Source: a bacterium (GTDB lineage: Bacteria > Zhuqueibacterota > Zhuqueibacteria > Zhuqueibacterales > Zhuqueibacteraceae). Taken from it: DNA of 63,897 nt. The position numbers and the translations under genes were made by a program. Where the stretch lies: contig JBIOXB010000208.1 in the NCBI GenBank assembly GCA_044869275.1, forward strand, positions 1 through 63,897, given 5' to 3'. The notes under the pieces were generated by a model, which did no database searches, was not told the origin of the DNA, and saw nothing but the letters and a program-made list of their open reading frames with translations. Positions 30,219 through 41,039 of this stretch are shown here, piece by piece (the stretch's first letter is position 1; every line of letters begins with the position of its first letter).

Positions 30219-30315
30219 CGTGTAAGAATTACCTGAGAGAGCCAGCAGCGGGCGGGCCTCAGCCCTGAAAATGCCCGTCTTTTGCGGTGAAACGGCATGC
30301 GGTAATTCTTACACG
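30219..30315. promoter_or_regulatory. Pair of putative enhancer (UAS) sites for a sigma54 activator
   Basis: CGTGTAAGAATTACC (30219-30233) and its exact reverse complement GGTAATTCTTACACG (30301-30315). Each has a GTAA-N3-TTAC core. Confidence 0.6.
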
Positions 30316-30352
30316 GTGAAAACCGGGTTGGATCAATGCAGGGGAGGAATCC

Positions 30353-31717
<1,365 letters not shown>

Positions 31718-31833
31718 GACTCCCTACAAAATTTGCCATCGGCAAAGTACCACCCGCAAAGGCGATCAAAGCATGAACAATAAACAGCCTTTGTGAAACA
31801 AAATCAAGCTGTCATTTGGTATGCTGAAGTCTT

Positions 31834-32100
31834 TTAACCATTCTTGAGTTGCTTCGCCCCCTCCGCCACCATATTTTTCAACCTCTCCAATTCCGTGGCG
31901 ACAATGCCCAGATGCTTGCGCAAGCGCTCGGCATTGGCATCTTGCCATTTCGCCGCCAGCATTTGCGCGGCTTCCACATTCAACTGCGCGGTGTGCACGG
32001 GGTTGCGCAGGTCGTGCGCGAGCTTGTCAAGTTGTTTCTGCAGATCGGACTTGGGCATGTTCGGCTCGTGGTCATGGTCGTTGCGCTGCTCATTGCTCAC
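31834..32100 (-). CDS. Stand-alone HisKA (DHp) domain protein
   Basis: 88 aa with H-box LAHDLRNP and a second amphipathic helix. No HATPase domain. Confidence 0.8.
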   Translation of the reverse strand: MSNEQRNDHDHEPNMPKSDLQKQLDKLAHDLRNPVHTAQLNVEAAQMLAAKWQDANAERLRKHLGIVATELERLKNMVAEGAKQLKNG

Positions 32101-32124
32101 TGAATACTGAATACCGCATCCCCA

Positions 32125-35100
32125 TCATGAGGCCTTGCTTTCCACGCGTTCCTCCAGCCAGCGCGCAATCACGGCCAAAATGTCTTTCTTCTCGAAAGGC
32201 TTGGTGAGATAATCATCATAGCCGGCGGCCAGCGCTTTTTCACGGTCGCCTTTCATGGCGCGGGCGGTGAGCGCGACCAGCGGAATGTGTTGCAATTGTT
32301 TTTGCGCCTTGAGCAGGCGCGCGACTTGATAGCCGTCCAGATTCGGCATCATAATGTCCATGAGAATCATGTCGGGCCGGTCGTGCTGTGCGGCGAGCAG
32401 GGCCTTCTCGCCGTTCTCCGCGAACTTCACCTGGTAGCCGGCATCTTCCAAAATAAATTCCATGGCATAGCGCGTGTTCTCATCATCTTCCACCACCAGA
32501 ATGCTGAAGTTTTTCTTTTTGCCCGAGGAGAGCCACTTGGAGAAAATGCCCTGGCGACTCGGTCTGTTCTCGGCTTTTTCCAGCGGCGCCTCGCCTTTCT
32601 GCCGCCGCGCCTTCTGCTCGGCTTTGCTGAGTTCGCGCACGGGAAGTTTGATCTTGAAGACCGAGCCTTTTCCTTTCTCGCTCTGTACTTCGATCTGGCC
32701 GCCGAGAATTCCCATCAATTTTTGTGAAATCGCCAGGCCCAGGCCGGTGCCCCCGTATTTGCGCGCTTCGCCGCTTTCGAGCTGGCGGAAAGGCTCGAAA
32801 ATCTCCTGCAAACGATGCGCGGGGATGCCCTTGCCCGTATCGCGCACACCGATGGTCAACACGCGATTTTGATATTCCGCGGTCACGGTCACTTCACCCG
32901 AATCGGTGAATTTTACCGCGTTGCCCAGCAGATTGGTGAGCACGCGCGCAAGCATATAGCGGTCGCTCACGATGTTTTCGGGCAGCGCGGAGGGCAAACG
33001 CAGCTGCACATTCAGCCCCTTGTCCAAAGCCAGCGGCCGGATCGCCGCAACGGTTTCACGAATCATTTCCAGCGCATTGAATGCCTGCCACGAGGCTTCC
33101 ATTTTGCCGGCTTCGATCTTGCCCAAATCCAGAATATCATTGATGAGTTTGAGCAGATTCTTGCCGCTGCGCTGCACGATTTCGATTTGATGCTTCTGCT
33201 CGTGATTGAGTCCGCCGGGCTTTTCGCTCAGCATGATTTCGGAAAACTGCAGAATCGCGTGCAGCGGCGTGCGCAGTTCATGCGAGACGCTGGCGAGAAA
33301 ATCCGCAATGTGCTGGTTCGCATGCTCCAGCGCATGCGCTTTTTCTTCGGTCTGCAAAATCAGGCGGGCGTTGTCGATCGTCAGCGCCGCTTGCGTGGCA
33401 AGATCCCGCGCAAAGCCGAGCCGCTCTTCCTCCCATTCGCCCTGCGACTCCCCCGGCAGCCAGAAAATGCAACCAAAATTCTCCTGCCGCGAGTGCAAGG
33501 CGGCAAGCTGCGCGCGACAGCGGGCATTGCCCGACCGCGCACGCGGGGATTTGAGCAGCTCGTGCAGGTCCTCGCCCGCCAGCTCGCTGGTACGAATTTC
33601 GTTTTCAACCGCGGTTTTGCACAGTTGCGCCAGCAGAATCCCCGAGCCCACGGAAATCGTGAGCAATCTACCCGCGCTTTCGCTCTTGCTTTTGCGCGAG
33701 AAATGGGCGGCAGCGGCCAGCCAGATCGGGCCGGCTCCGGGATTGCCATTTGAAGGGAGCCGGTTTTGCACTGCCGGGGTCGTACGCATGGCAATCACGA
33801 CCGGTTGGGCCATGGCCTCGGCGAGAATGCCGGCGATTTCGCAGAGCACTTGTTGCAACGTTCCAGCGGCGCGAAAAGTGTTGCCGATGCGATTGAGCGT
33901 GCGCACTTGATGCTCGTTGCTGGCATGCGTGGACATTGACCGGCTGTTCGCGATCGCGATGGCGGCGGCATCATCGGCAAAGATTTCGAGCTCGCGTGCT
34001 TGCTGTTGCTGCGGGTGCCGGCCGTTGTGGGGAGAGAAAACCGCGATCATGCCGTCATAGCGGTCGCGGCTGCGAATGGGCACCAGCAGGCAGTCGTGCT
34101 CGCGCCATTCACCCACTTCAAATACCTGCAATTCTCTGGGCATGAAATACGGGCGTTTTTCGGAGAGTTTGCGGGAATCAATGAAGAAAGACGAGCTGAG
34201 GCGAAAGGTTTCCAGCAGATACGGCGCGAAGTCGGCGTAAGCCAGCTTGCGAAATTTGCGCGGCAAGGCCGATTCATTTTCGCCAAAACCGGCGCTCGAC
34301 ACCAGCTCGAATTGTTCATTCCCCCGGCTGCAGAAGATCGCGACCCGCTGCCAGCCCAGCGCGTGAATGGCCTCGGCGACGCTGTGCATGATCTCTTCCA
34401 GGCCCGTGTTTAAACGAATGGCTTCGCTGATCTCCACCAGTTTTGACAATTGTTGCACGCGGCGCTCGAGCTCCTGCGTGCGCTCGGCGATGGCCTGTGT
34501 GATGTCGCGCTCGATCCACAAATAGCGGACGAAACTTTCCTCGGCATCTTCGATCGGCAAAACCGAAAGATCGCTGGCGTGCGTGCGCCCGTCCGTGCCG
34601 GAATAGGAAACCTCGCCGCGCCAGGGCTTGTTTTGCGCCAGGCGGCGCTTGATTTCATCCCAGGGATAAAACTGCTCCTTGCGATATTCCTTAAGATCGC
34701 GCTCCACAATTTCATGCCGTGCCAGGCTGGTGGTGCGCACAAAGGCATCATTGGCATACAACACTTGATACTGCGCATTGGTGATGGCGATGGCTTCGGT
34801 GGCATTTTCCACGCCGCGTTGGAACATGCGGAGATCACGCGATTTCTCGGCAATCTCGCCGGAGCGCATGCGCTCGGCGCTGTAGTAGCGCTTCACGTCC
34901 ATGAGGCCCAAGTGCACGCCTTGAACTTTTTGCCGCTCGTTGAACAGCGGGGCGTGAGCAACCTGCATGACCTTTTCTTCTTCGCCGATTCTGAAATGCA
35001 GGTCCATGCGGGCCGCCCGCTCGCGCCGCGCCTCCTGCAACGCCGGGATCAAAGCGTCGTAAAAATGGCGCGGCAAAACGCTTTGGAGAGACTGCCCGGA

Positions 35101-35994
35101 GAGGTCCTCGGCCCTGGCGGCGGAGAGCTGCACGAATGCGGGATTGGCAAAGGTGATGCGCTCGTCGAGATCGAGATGCACAATGGCTTCACTGCCGTGA
35201 GCGAGCACGGCGATAAGCTGCCGCGCCTGCGTTTCCCACTGCGCGGCGGTATCCATCAGGTTGCGCCGCAGTTCGGATTCAAAGTTGAGAAAGCGCGCGC
35301 GATCGGCGAGCAGCCCGAGGATGATAAAAATACTGGAAAGGCTGAGCGCGCCGATTTGCAGCAGGTGCGCCGCGGGCAGCTGATAGCGCACGATGATGGC
35401 GAGGGCGGCCAGCAGCGCGCCGGAAAACAGCCAGAACCACACCGCCTGGCGGCTGCGCAAGTTGCGATAAGCCAGGATCAGCGCCGTCACCAGCAAAATA
35501 CCCGCGGAGAATCCTGCGCTGATCTGCCGAAGGAGATGATAAAAATTCGGCGCGAAGGTAAAGGACCCGCGCACATAGTTTTCCAGCAGGCCCGCTCCGC
35601 ACAAGACGGCAAAGGAGATCAGTGCGAACAGCAGCCATCGTCCGAAGAACGAGCCTGCGCGCGGCGCCGGCAGCGCGCGCGGCGAGAACAGCGCGAGGCT
35701 CAGCCAATGTATGCTAAGCAGAAAGAAGAAAGCGCCGCTCGACCAGTCGGTGTTCAACGCCAGCGCGGCAATCGGCCAGGACCACAGGAGCGCGGCCAGC
35801 AGCGCGGCATGATAAAAAAATGTCAACAATTGCTGGAGAGCGAGGCCGGCAAAGGCGGGCAGAGGCTGCACCCGAAAAGCGTGCAGCGCGAGCAGCACGG
35901 CGAACAGGCTGAAACACGCCACCAGCAGCATCTGCGGCTGCTGGCCCGGTGTCGCGAGGGGTGGAAATTGAAAGAGAAATGCTGCCTGTATCAT
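32125..35994 (-). CDS. Hybrid sensor histidine kinase (TM-PAS-PAS-GAF-HisKA-HATPase-REC)
   Basis: H-box VSHELRTPL, N box NLLGNAVKFT, DTGKGI, GGTGLGL, and C-terminal receiver with VEDD, MDIMMP and YLTKP. Confidence 0.94.
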   Translation of the reverse strand: MIQAAFLFQFPPLATPGQQPQMLLVACFSLFAVLLALHAFRVQPLPAFAGLALQQLLTFFYHAALLAALLWSWPIAALALNTDWSSGAFFFLLSIHWLSLALFSPRALPAPRAGSFFGRWLLFALISFAVLCGAGLLENYVRGSFTFAPNFYHLLRQISAGFSAGILLVTALILAYRNLRSRQAVWFWLFSGALLAALAIIVRYQLPAAHLLQIGALSLSSIFIILGLLADRARFLNFESELRRNLMDTAAQWETQARQLIAVLAHGSEAIVHLDLDERITFANPAFVQLSAARAEDLSGQSLQSVLPRHFYDALIPALQEARRERAARMDLHFRIGEEEKVMQVAHAPLFNERQKVQGVHLGLMDVKRYYSAERMRSGEIAEKSRDLRMFQRGVENATEAIAITNAQYQVLYANDAFVRTTSLARHEIVERDLKEYRKEQFYPWDEIKRRLAQNKPWRGEVSYSGTDGRTHASDLSVLPIEDAEESFVRYLWIERDITQAIAERTQELERRVQQLSKLVEISEAIRLNTGLEEIMHSVAEAIHALGWQRVAIFCSRGNEQFELVSSAGFGENESALPRKFRKLAYADFAPYLLETFRLSSSFFIDSRKLSEKRPYFMPRELQVFEVGEWREHDCLLVPIRSRDRYDGMIAVFSPHNGRHPQQQQARELEIFADDAAAIAIANSRSMSTHASNEHQVRTLNRIGNTFRAAGTLQQVLCEIAGILAEAMAQPVVIAMRTTPAVQNRLPSNGNPGAGPIWLAAAAHFSRKSKSESAGRLLTISVGSGILLAQLCKTAVENEIRTSELAGEDLHELLKSPRARSGNARCRAQLAALHSRQENFGCIFWLPGESQGEWEEERLGFARDLATQAALTIDNARLILQTEEKAHALEHANQHIADFLASVSHELRTPLHAILQFSEIMLSEKPGGLNHEQKHQIEIVQRSGKNLLKLINDILDLGKIEAGKMEASWQAFNALEMIRETVAAIRPLALDKGLNVQLRLPSALPENIVSDRYMLARVLTNLLGNAVKFTDSGEVTVTAEYQNRVLTIGVRDTGKGIPAHRLQEIFEPFRQLESGEARKYGGTGLGLAISQKLMGILGGQIEVQSEKGKGSVFKIKLPVRELSKAEQKARRQKGEAPLEKAENRPSRQGIFSKWLSSGKKKNFSILVVEDDENTRYAMEFILEDAGYQVKFAENGEKALLAAQHDRPDMILMDIMMPNLDGYQVARLLKAQKQLQHIPLVALTARAMKGDREKALAAGYDDYLTKPFEKKDILAVIARWLEERVESKAS

Positions 35995-36024
35995 GATGGT
36001 CTCGGGCAGGAAGGGATGCGAGCT

Positions 36025-36453
36025 TCATTCCGCTGGAAACGCCGCCGTGTGCGCTGCGAGCCGGCGAAAATCACCGGAGAAAATTTTCTGAAAGCCGGTT
36101 ACCGGCTGATTGAAAATGTACGCCCAGGCCCTGCGCTCGCCCTCTGGTGTGACGACGGTGATGATTTTGCGCACGTACAGGCTGCGCTCCGGCTGGTCGG
36201 GCCGGTAGCCCTCGATCAAATCGAGGGTCTCGAAAAAAATTTCCGGATCAAACAATTCGTACAGTTCGCCCGCGACCATGCTGCCGTTGGGGCTTTCAAT
36301 CATGCCCGGAAAAGAACCCACTTCGTAGAGCGTTCCGCGCGCAACGCCGGTGCCGGCAAAGAGCGCTTTTTGGGGATTGCCGATGAAGCTGGCGCGTTCC
36401 ATGCCGCGCATGAGTGAGCCATAAACAAAAAGCAAATGGGTTTCCTCCTCCAT
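36025..36453 (-). CDS. Gamma-glutamylcyclotransferase family protein
   Basis: LFVYGSLMRG, FPGM, VAGELY and LDLIEG. Start may be 36477. Confidence 0.9.
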   Translation of the reverse strand: MEEETHLLFVYGSLMRGMERASFIGNPQKALFAGTGVARGTLYEVGSFPGMIESPNGSMVAGELYELFDPEIFFETLDLIEGYRPDQPERSLYVRKIITVVTPEGERRAWAYIFNQPVTGFQKIFSGDFRRLAAHTAAFPAE

Positions 36454-36551
36454 CGGCCGCCGTTTGGATAAAGCCATGATGCTGCAAACTCCACAACGAG
36501 TTGAGGTCATCCAGCGATAGCGCAGCCACGCTTGCGCGCATCGATACGCTA

Positions 36552-36659
36552 ACTCAAGCTTCCACTTCTACTCTTACCCTTTCTCTTACTCTTGCTCCTG
36601 CTCACCTTTCGAACTTCAAAATGCGAGCCAGAGCGAGAGTGGGAGCAGGAGTATGAGTG
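36552..36659. repeat. Inverted hexamer-period array
   Basis: ACTCTT/GCTCCT-type units facing GAGAGT GGGAGC AGGAGT ATGAGT. Confidence 0.7.
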
Positions 36660-36900
36660 AAAAAATGAGAGCAATCAAAGCAAACCCAAACAAGGTGCGC
36701 AAGCGTGGTGGTAGATAAAGTAAACATCTTCGCTCTTTGTGTCAAGAAGAGAAACGCTGCGAGAAAGCGGCAGGCAAGAAATGATCGCTCGAATAAGAGT
36801 TCACCTTCAAGCACCGAAGTAATTCGTTCGCTTTGCCGGGTGGGGAGTGTTACTACTGCTTTGGCAAAGTCCTACGGCTAAGGTGAAATGCAAACGGACG

Positions 36901-37254
36901 CTAATTCGACGCCTTTACCAGAACAGCGACTTGTTGAGCAATCTTGGCATTATAATCGAATGCCATTTTCTTGTAGTTCACAAGATCAATGATCGTGCCT
37001 ATGAAGCAAAAGCCGCACGTAAACAAATAAAGTACCCCCATGCCGATTTCACCCAGGATGAAACGCTGAATACCAGCAATCCCAACAAAACCCAATATGG
37101 TGGTTAATAAGATAAGTTGAGGGTCTTTCCGCCGCGCCCGATAAACGGTGGCGAATTGCTGTGCGCGCTGATCATCCCAATCCTTGATCAAGCCTTGTAT
37201 AAACACCATTTCTTCGCCCTCAATTTCCGGCAACAGGGTGATGATATTCGCCAT
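36901..37254 (-). CDS. TM2 domain-containing protein
   Basis: LGFVGIAGIQRFILG..GVLYLFTCGFCFIGTIIDL. Confidence 0.9.
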   Translation of the reverse strand: MANIITLLPEIEGEEMVFIQGLIKDWDDQRAQQFATVYRARRKDPQLILLTTILGFVGIAGIQRFILGEIGMGVLYLFTCGFCFIGTIIDLVNYKKMAFDYNAKIAQQVAVLVKASN

Positions 37255-37570
37255 AGCCTTCCTCCTCTTTCTTGATCTTGAAAAAGTGATTTAAGCAAAT
37301 CAACATCAGCCTTCGAATGTGGTTGGTCAAAACCGCTACGGCGACGATCCCTAAGGGATGTGCCGTCCATGAGCTCTTCCAGTCGCCATGCAATAAGAAT
37401 GAAATAGAACGCCCCAGACCGCATCCGGGGCAATAATTAAATCCGAAATAGTGCAACAGGCACAGGCTGGGGCCACGATTTTCATAAGGATTCATATAGG
37501 CGAGTGCAACCAGGCCCGTTGTCCACATCACAGCCTCCAGCGGAAACTGGGGAGAGATCGAGTTTTTCAT
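37220..37570 (-). CDS. DUF2752 domain membrane protein
   Basis: SLC..CPGCGLGRS..HPLG, adjacent to a TM2 gene as is common for this family. Confidence 0.85.
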   Translation of the reverse strand: MKNSISPQFPLEAVMWTTGLVALAYMNPYENRGPSLCLLHYFGFNYCPGCGLGRSISFLLHGDWKSSWTAHPLGIVAVAVLTNHIRRLMLICLNHFFKIKKEEEGYGEYHHPVAGN

Positions 37571-37597
37571 GTGCAGAGCTCCCGGACGGAACCGGTG

Positions 37598-40500
37598 CTA
37601 GCGCACCGAGGAAACCGGCATGCGCATCTCCCCGGCCTCGCGTCGCGGCTCTAGCGGCAGGGTGAGGCGCAATTGCGTGCCGCCGGCGGGGATAGCCACG
37701 ATGTCCACCGTGCCGCCGGATTGCTTGACCATTTGATGCAGCTTCCACAAACCCAGGCCGGTGTGATGGCCGTCTTTGGTTTTGAAAAACGGAAGAAAGA
37801 CTTTGGTGACATTTTCAGGAGGAACACCCCTGCCGTTGTCGGTCAAACTCACGCGCACGCGCGAAAGGCTGGGCAGCGTTTCCACATCTATTTTGACCTC
37901 CGTGGCTCCGGCATCGAGCGAGTTTTGGACGGCCTCGTCCAGGCCGTTTTTGAGCTTGGGTAAAATCTTCACGGTCACGGCCTGCGCCAGCGCCGGAAGT
38001 TGAATGGCGATTTTGTCTTGCCAGCGTATGGCCAATTCGGATAGTTCCACGCGCAAATCGCGCGATACCGCGGAGACTTTTCCCAGGTAGGCGGTGAATT
38101 CGAAAAGCTGCGCCATGACTTTGCGCAAGTCCTGTACCGCGACATCGGCGCCGCTCACGAGCTGCCCGGCTTCAGGTTTGGGATGGGTCTGCAAGTCTTT
38201 TTTGAGCAGGTCGATGACGCCGTGGACGTTCGCGAGTTTTTGCGTGAGCACGTCACCCATGCCGGCGGCCAAGTCATACAGCGCCAGTTGCTTTTCGTTG
38301 TCGATGATTTTGGCTTCCAAATCTTTGCGCTCGCCGATGTTCTCGCACGTCAAAATCACGTACTGCAGACGGCCGTGGCTATCGCTGACGTAATCGGAAT
38401 GAATCTCGCAAATAAAGTGCTTGCCCGTGCGCGACATGCCCACCAATTCGATGCCGGATTTTTTTTGCATCAAAGTCCTCCACAGCGAATCGCGGCTGGC
38501 CACCGGGCTGGAGAGGACGTTGTTCAAATCGAGTCCCTTCAATTCGCCGGGGCCAAACTCGAATAGTTTTTCCGCCTCCCGGTTCGCTTCGACGATCACG
38601 CGGCGCGCATCGACCACCAGCAAGCCCAGCGGCAGGAATTCCTTGACCGTGCTCAGAAAGTTAGAGGTCTGCTGCAATTCCGCGGTCTTCTTGGCGACTG
38701 CTGTGGACAAAGCTTCGGCATGCCGCCGCAGGCTGCGCATGCGCCACCAATGCCCGCCGTAGATGCAGCCGGCAAGCACGAAGAGACCCAAGCCGATAAA
38801 CCAGGGCGTACGATAAAACGGCGGCAAGATTTTGATTTGTACTTTGGCCGCCCCGGAGGAGGGAATGCCCAGGGCATTCACACTGCGCACTTGAAAGGTG
38901 TAGCGCTTAGGCGAGAGATTCGTATAGCGGATGCTGCGCGCGTTGCCCACCTCAACCCATTGCTTGTCAAAGCCTTCCAGCAAAACCTTGGTCTTGACTT
39001 CATCTTCATTAATGAATGACAATGCGGCGAATTTGAAGATCAGGGTACTGTTGTAGCCTGGGATCGGAATGGTCCCCGGCGAGATGGCATAAATATAATT
39101 ATTCAAACCGACGACTTCTATGCCTTCGCAAGCAATGCGCGGCGCGGGCGAAGTGGCGGGTAGAAGCGAAGTTTCCACTCGGCTGGCGCCGCCCACGGTG
39201 CCGAACCACAAGTGGCCCTGGCCATCGAGCATGGCCGCGCGCGTGTTGCATTCGTCGTTCGGCAAGCCGTTCGCGCGGCTCAGATAAAAAAACTTGTCGT
39301 AATCGTAACACGCCAGGCCGGCATTGGTGCCGAACCATAAGCGTTTTTGCGCATCTTCAGCGATGAAATAAACCACGTTGTTGGGCAGGCCGTTCAGCGT
39401 ATTGAGGTTCTCGAAGCCGTTTCCCGTGAATCTCGCTGCTCCGCCCGCACGCGTGCCGAACCACATCTCGCCGGTATGGTCCTCGAAAATGGAGTAAATA
39501 CTGTTGTCGGGGAGCCCCTGCGCCGTGGTGAATAGCTTGCTCGTGCCGCCCTGCCTCAGCACCAAGCCACCATCGCAGGCGAGCCACAATCTGCCCTGGC
39601 GGTCCGGATAGACGTCGTGAACGGAATTGGTGGGCAAGCCGTCCGCCATCGTCAAATTGGAAAAGCGGCCGTCTTTATAATGAATGGCGCCGCCGTTGAC
39701 CGAGGCGAACCAAAGGTCGCCTGCCGGGGTGACGCGCATGTGCCGCAATCTCTCCGAAGGCAGCCCGTCTTGCGCCGTGAAAATCTGCCACTGGCTGCCG
39801 CGCAAACGCGCAGCCCCGCCCTGTGTCGCCACCCAAATATCGCCATTGGGGGTGGTTACCATTCCACGAATCACGTCATTGGGCAAAACGTTTCTTGAAT
39901 CCAGGATTGCAACCTCTTCCCCGTCGATAATGGCGATGCCGCCGCCGGCGGTGCCGATCCAAATGCGACCTCGCCGGTCTTGCATGAAGCTGAAAACGAG
40001 ATTGACCGGCAAGCCGTTTTCGCGGGTGTAATTGTTGAGATACCAGCCGTAAATTTTGCCCACGCCGCCGCCCACGGTGCCGATCCAGAGATTGTCTTCA
40101 TAATCCACAAGCAGTGAGCGCACGTAGGCATTCGGCAGGCCATGGCGCGTGTCATAAGCGGTGAATCGCCGGCCGTCATACTTCATCAAGCAAGTGCGTG
40201 TGCCGATCCACAAATCGCCGCGCTGGTCTTGCGCCAGGCTGAAAACCTCCTGGTCGCGCATGCCCTCGGCAGTTCTGAACGTTTGCACCTGCCCGTCTTT
40301 CACGCGGTGCAATCCCGTCGCTGTGCCGGCCCAAAGCACACCCTCGCGCGTGGGCAGCAGGGCGCGCACCTCACCCTGCAATTTCAAGTCGGGTTTTTTT
40401 TCTATGCTTTGGGGTGAAGATAAATAATATAGGCCGGCAGTCGTGCCGATCCAGATTTCATTTTGCGAGGTGACTGCCAGTGCTTGCGCGACCATCGGGG

Positions 40501-41014
40501 CAGAATCGTTCGCCTCTGAGAAAACTCTCTGGAAAGGCTCGGGCCCGGCCTCCTGCGCTCCGGGAAAAGACTCGCGCCAAATCGCAACGCCCGCGGCGGT
40601 GGCCACCCATACCGTGCCGGAAGAATCTTGCGCCACGCTATTGATCGCATTGTCGGGCAGCCCGTCTTGTTTCTTAAACGTGCACAGGATCTGATCTTCG
40701 AACATGCACGCCAATCCCCCTTCCGTACCGATCCAAATGTGGCCTTTGCGATCTTGCATGAGGCTGCGAATGGAGGGATGGGGCAGGCCCTCGAGAGGAA
40801 TCATGTGCTTGCCGTCGTAACGCGCCAAGCCGCCTTCATAGGTGCCGAACCACAAATGCCCGGTGCGATCTTGCAGAAGCGCAAACACTTCGCTTTGCGG
40901 CAATCCTTCGCCCGTGCCGTAGGTGCGGATTTGCAAGTGTTGCGCGACGACGGGAGGCAGCAGTGCGGTCAACTGCAGCGCGAGGGCGAAAATGAGAGAG
41001 GGATTCTTTTTCAT
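37598..41014 (-). CDS. Beta-propeller (Reg_prop/Y_Y_Y) sensor with PAS and HATPase domains and a degenerate H-box
   Basis: Many D..G.LWxGT.GG repeats, YTNLSPKRYTFQVRS, PPFYRTPWF TM, and CA motifs QNSLDA, DNGRG, FLPFF and TGLGL. H-box reads AAGMGDVLTQKL. Confidence 0.88.
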   Translation of the reverse strand: MKKNPSLIFALALQLTALLPPVVAQHLQIRTYGTGEGLPQSEVFALLQDRTGHLWFGTYEGGLARYDGKHMIPLEGLPHPSIRSLMQDRKGHIWIGTEGGLACMFEDQILCTFKKQDGLPDNAINSVAQDSSGTVWVATAAGVAIWRESFPGAQEAGPEPFQRVFSEANDSAPMVAQALAVTSQNEIWIGTTAGLYYLSSPQSIEKKPDLKLQGEVRALLPTREGVLWAGTATGLHRVKDGQVQTFRTAEGMRDQEVFSLAQDQRGDLWIGTRTCLMKYDGRRFTAYDTRHGLPNAYVRSLLVDYEDNLWIGTVGGGVGKIYGWYLNNYTRENGLPVNLVFSFMQDRRGRIWIGTAGGGIAIIDGEEVAILDSRNVLPNDVIRGMVTTPNGDIWVATQGGAARLRGSQWQIFTAQDGLPSERLRHMRVTPAGDLWFASVNGGAIHYKDGRFSNLTMADGLPTNSVHDVYPDRQGRLWLACDGGLVLRQGGTSKLFTTAQGLPDNSIYSIFEDHTGEMWFGTRAGGAARFTGNGFENLNTLNGLPNNVVYFIAEDAQKRLWFGTNAGLACYDYDKFFYLSRANGLPNDECNTRAAMLDGQGHLWFGTVGGASRVETSLLPATSPAPRIACEGIEVVGLNNYIYAISPGTIPIPGYNSTLIFKFAALSFINEDEVKTKVLLEGFDKQWVEVGNARSIRYTNLSPKRYTFQVRSVNALGIPSSGAAKVQIKILPPFYRTPWFIGLGLFVLAGCIYGGHWWRMRSLRRHAEALSTAVAKKTAELQQTSNFLSTVKEFLPLGLLVVDARRVIVEANREAEKLFEFGPGELKGLDLNNVLSSPVASRDSLWRTLMQKKSGIELVGMSRTGKHFICEIHSDYVSDSHGRLQYVILTCENIGERKDLEAKIIDNEKQLALYDLAAGMGDVLTQKLANVHGVIDLLKKDLQTHPKPEAGQLVSGADVAVQDLRKVMAQLFEFTAYLGKVSAVSRDLRVELSELAIRWQDKIAIQLPALAQAVTVKILPKLKNGLDEAVQNSLDAGATEVKIDVETLPSLSRVRVSLTDNGRGVPPENVTKVFLPFFKTKDGHHTGLGLWKLHQMVKQSGGTVDIVAIPAGGTQLRLTLPLEPRREAGEMRMPVSSVR

Positions 41015-41039
41015 AATCAGGATTTTCTGATGATTCAGC

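Noticed and set aside
39100..40900. Repetitive DNA within the large sensor gene
   Set aside because: It is explained by ordinary beta-propeller (Reg_prop) protein repeats.
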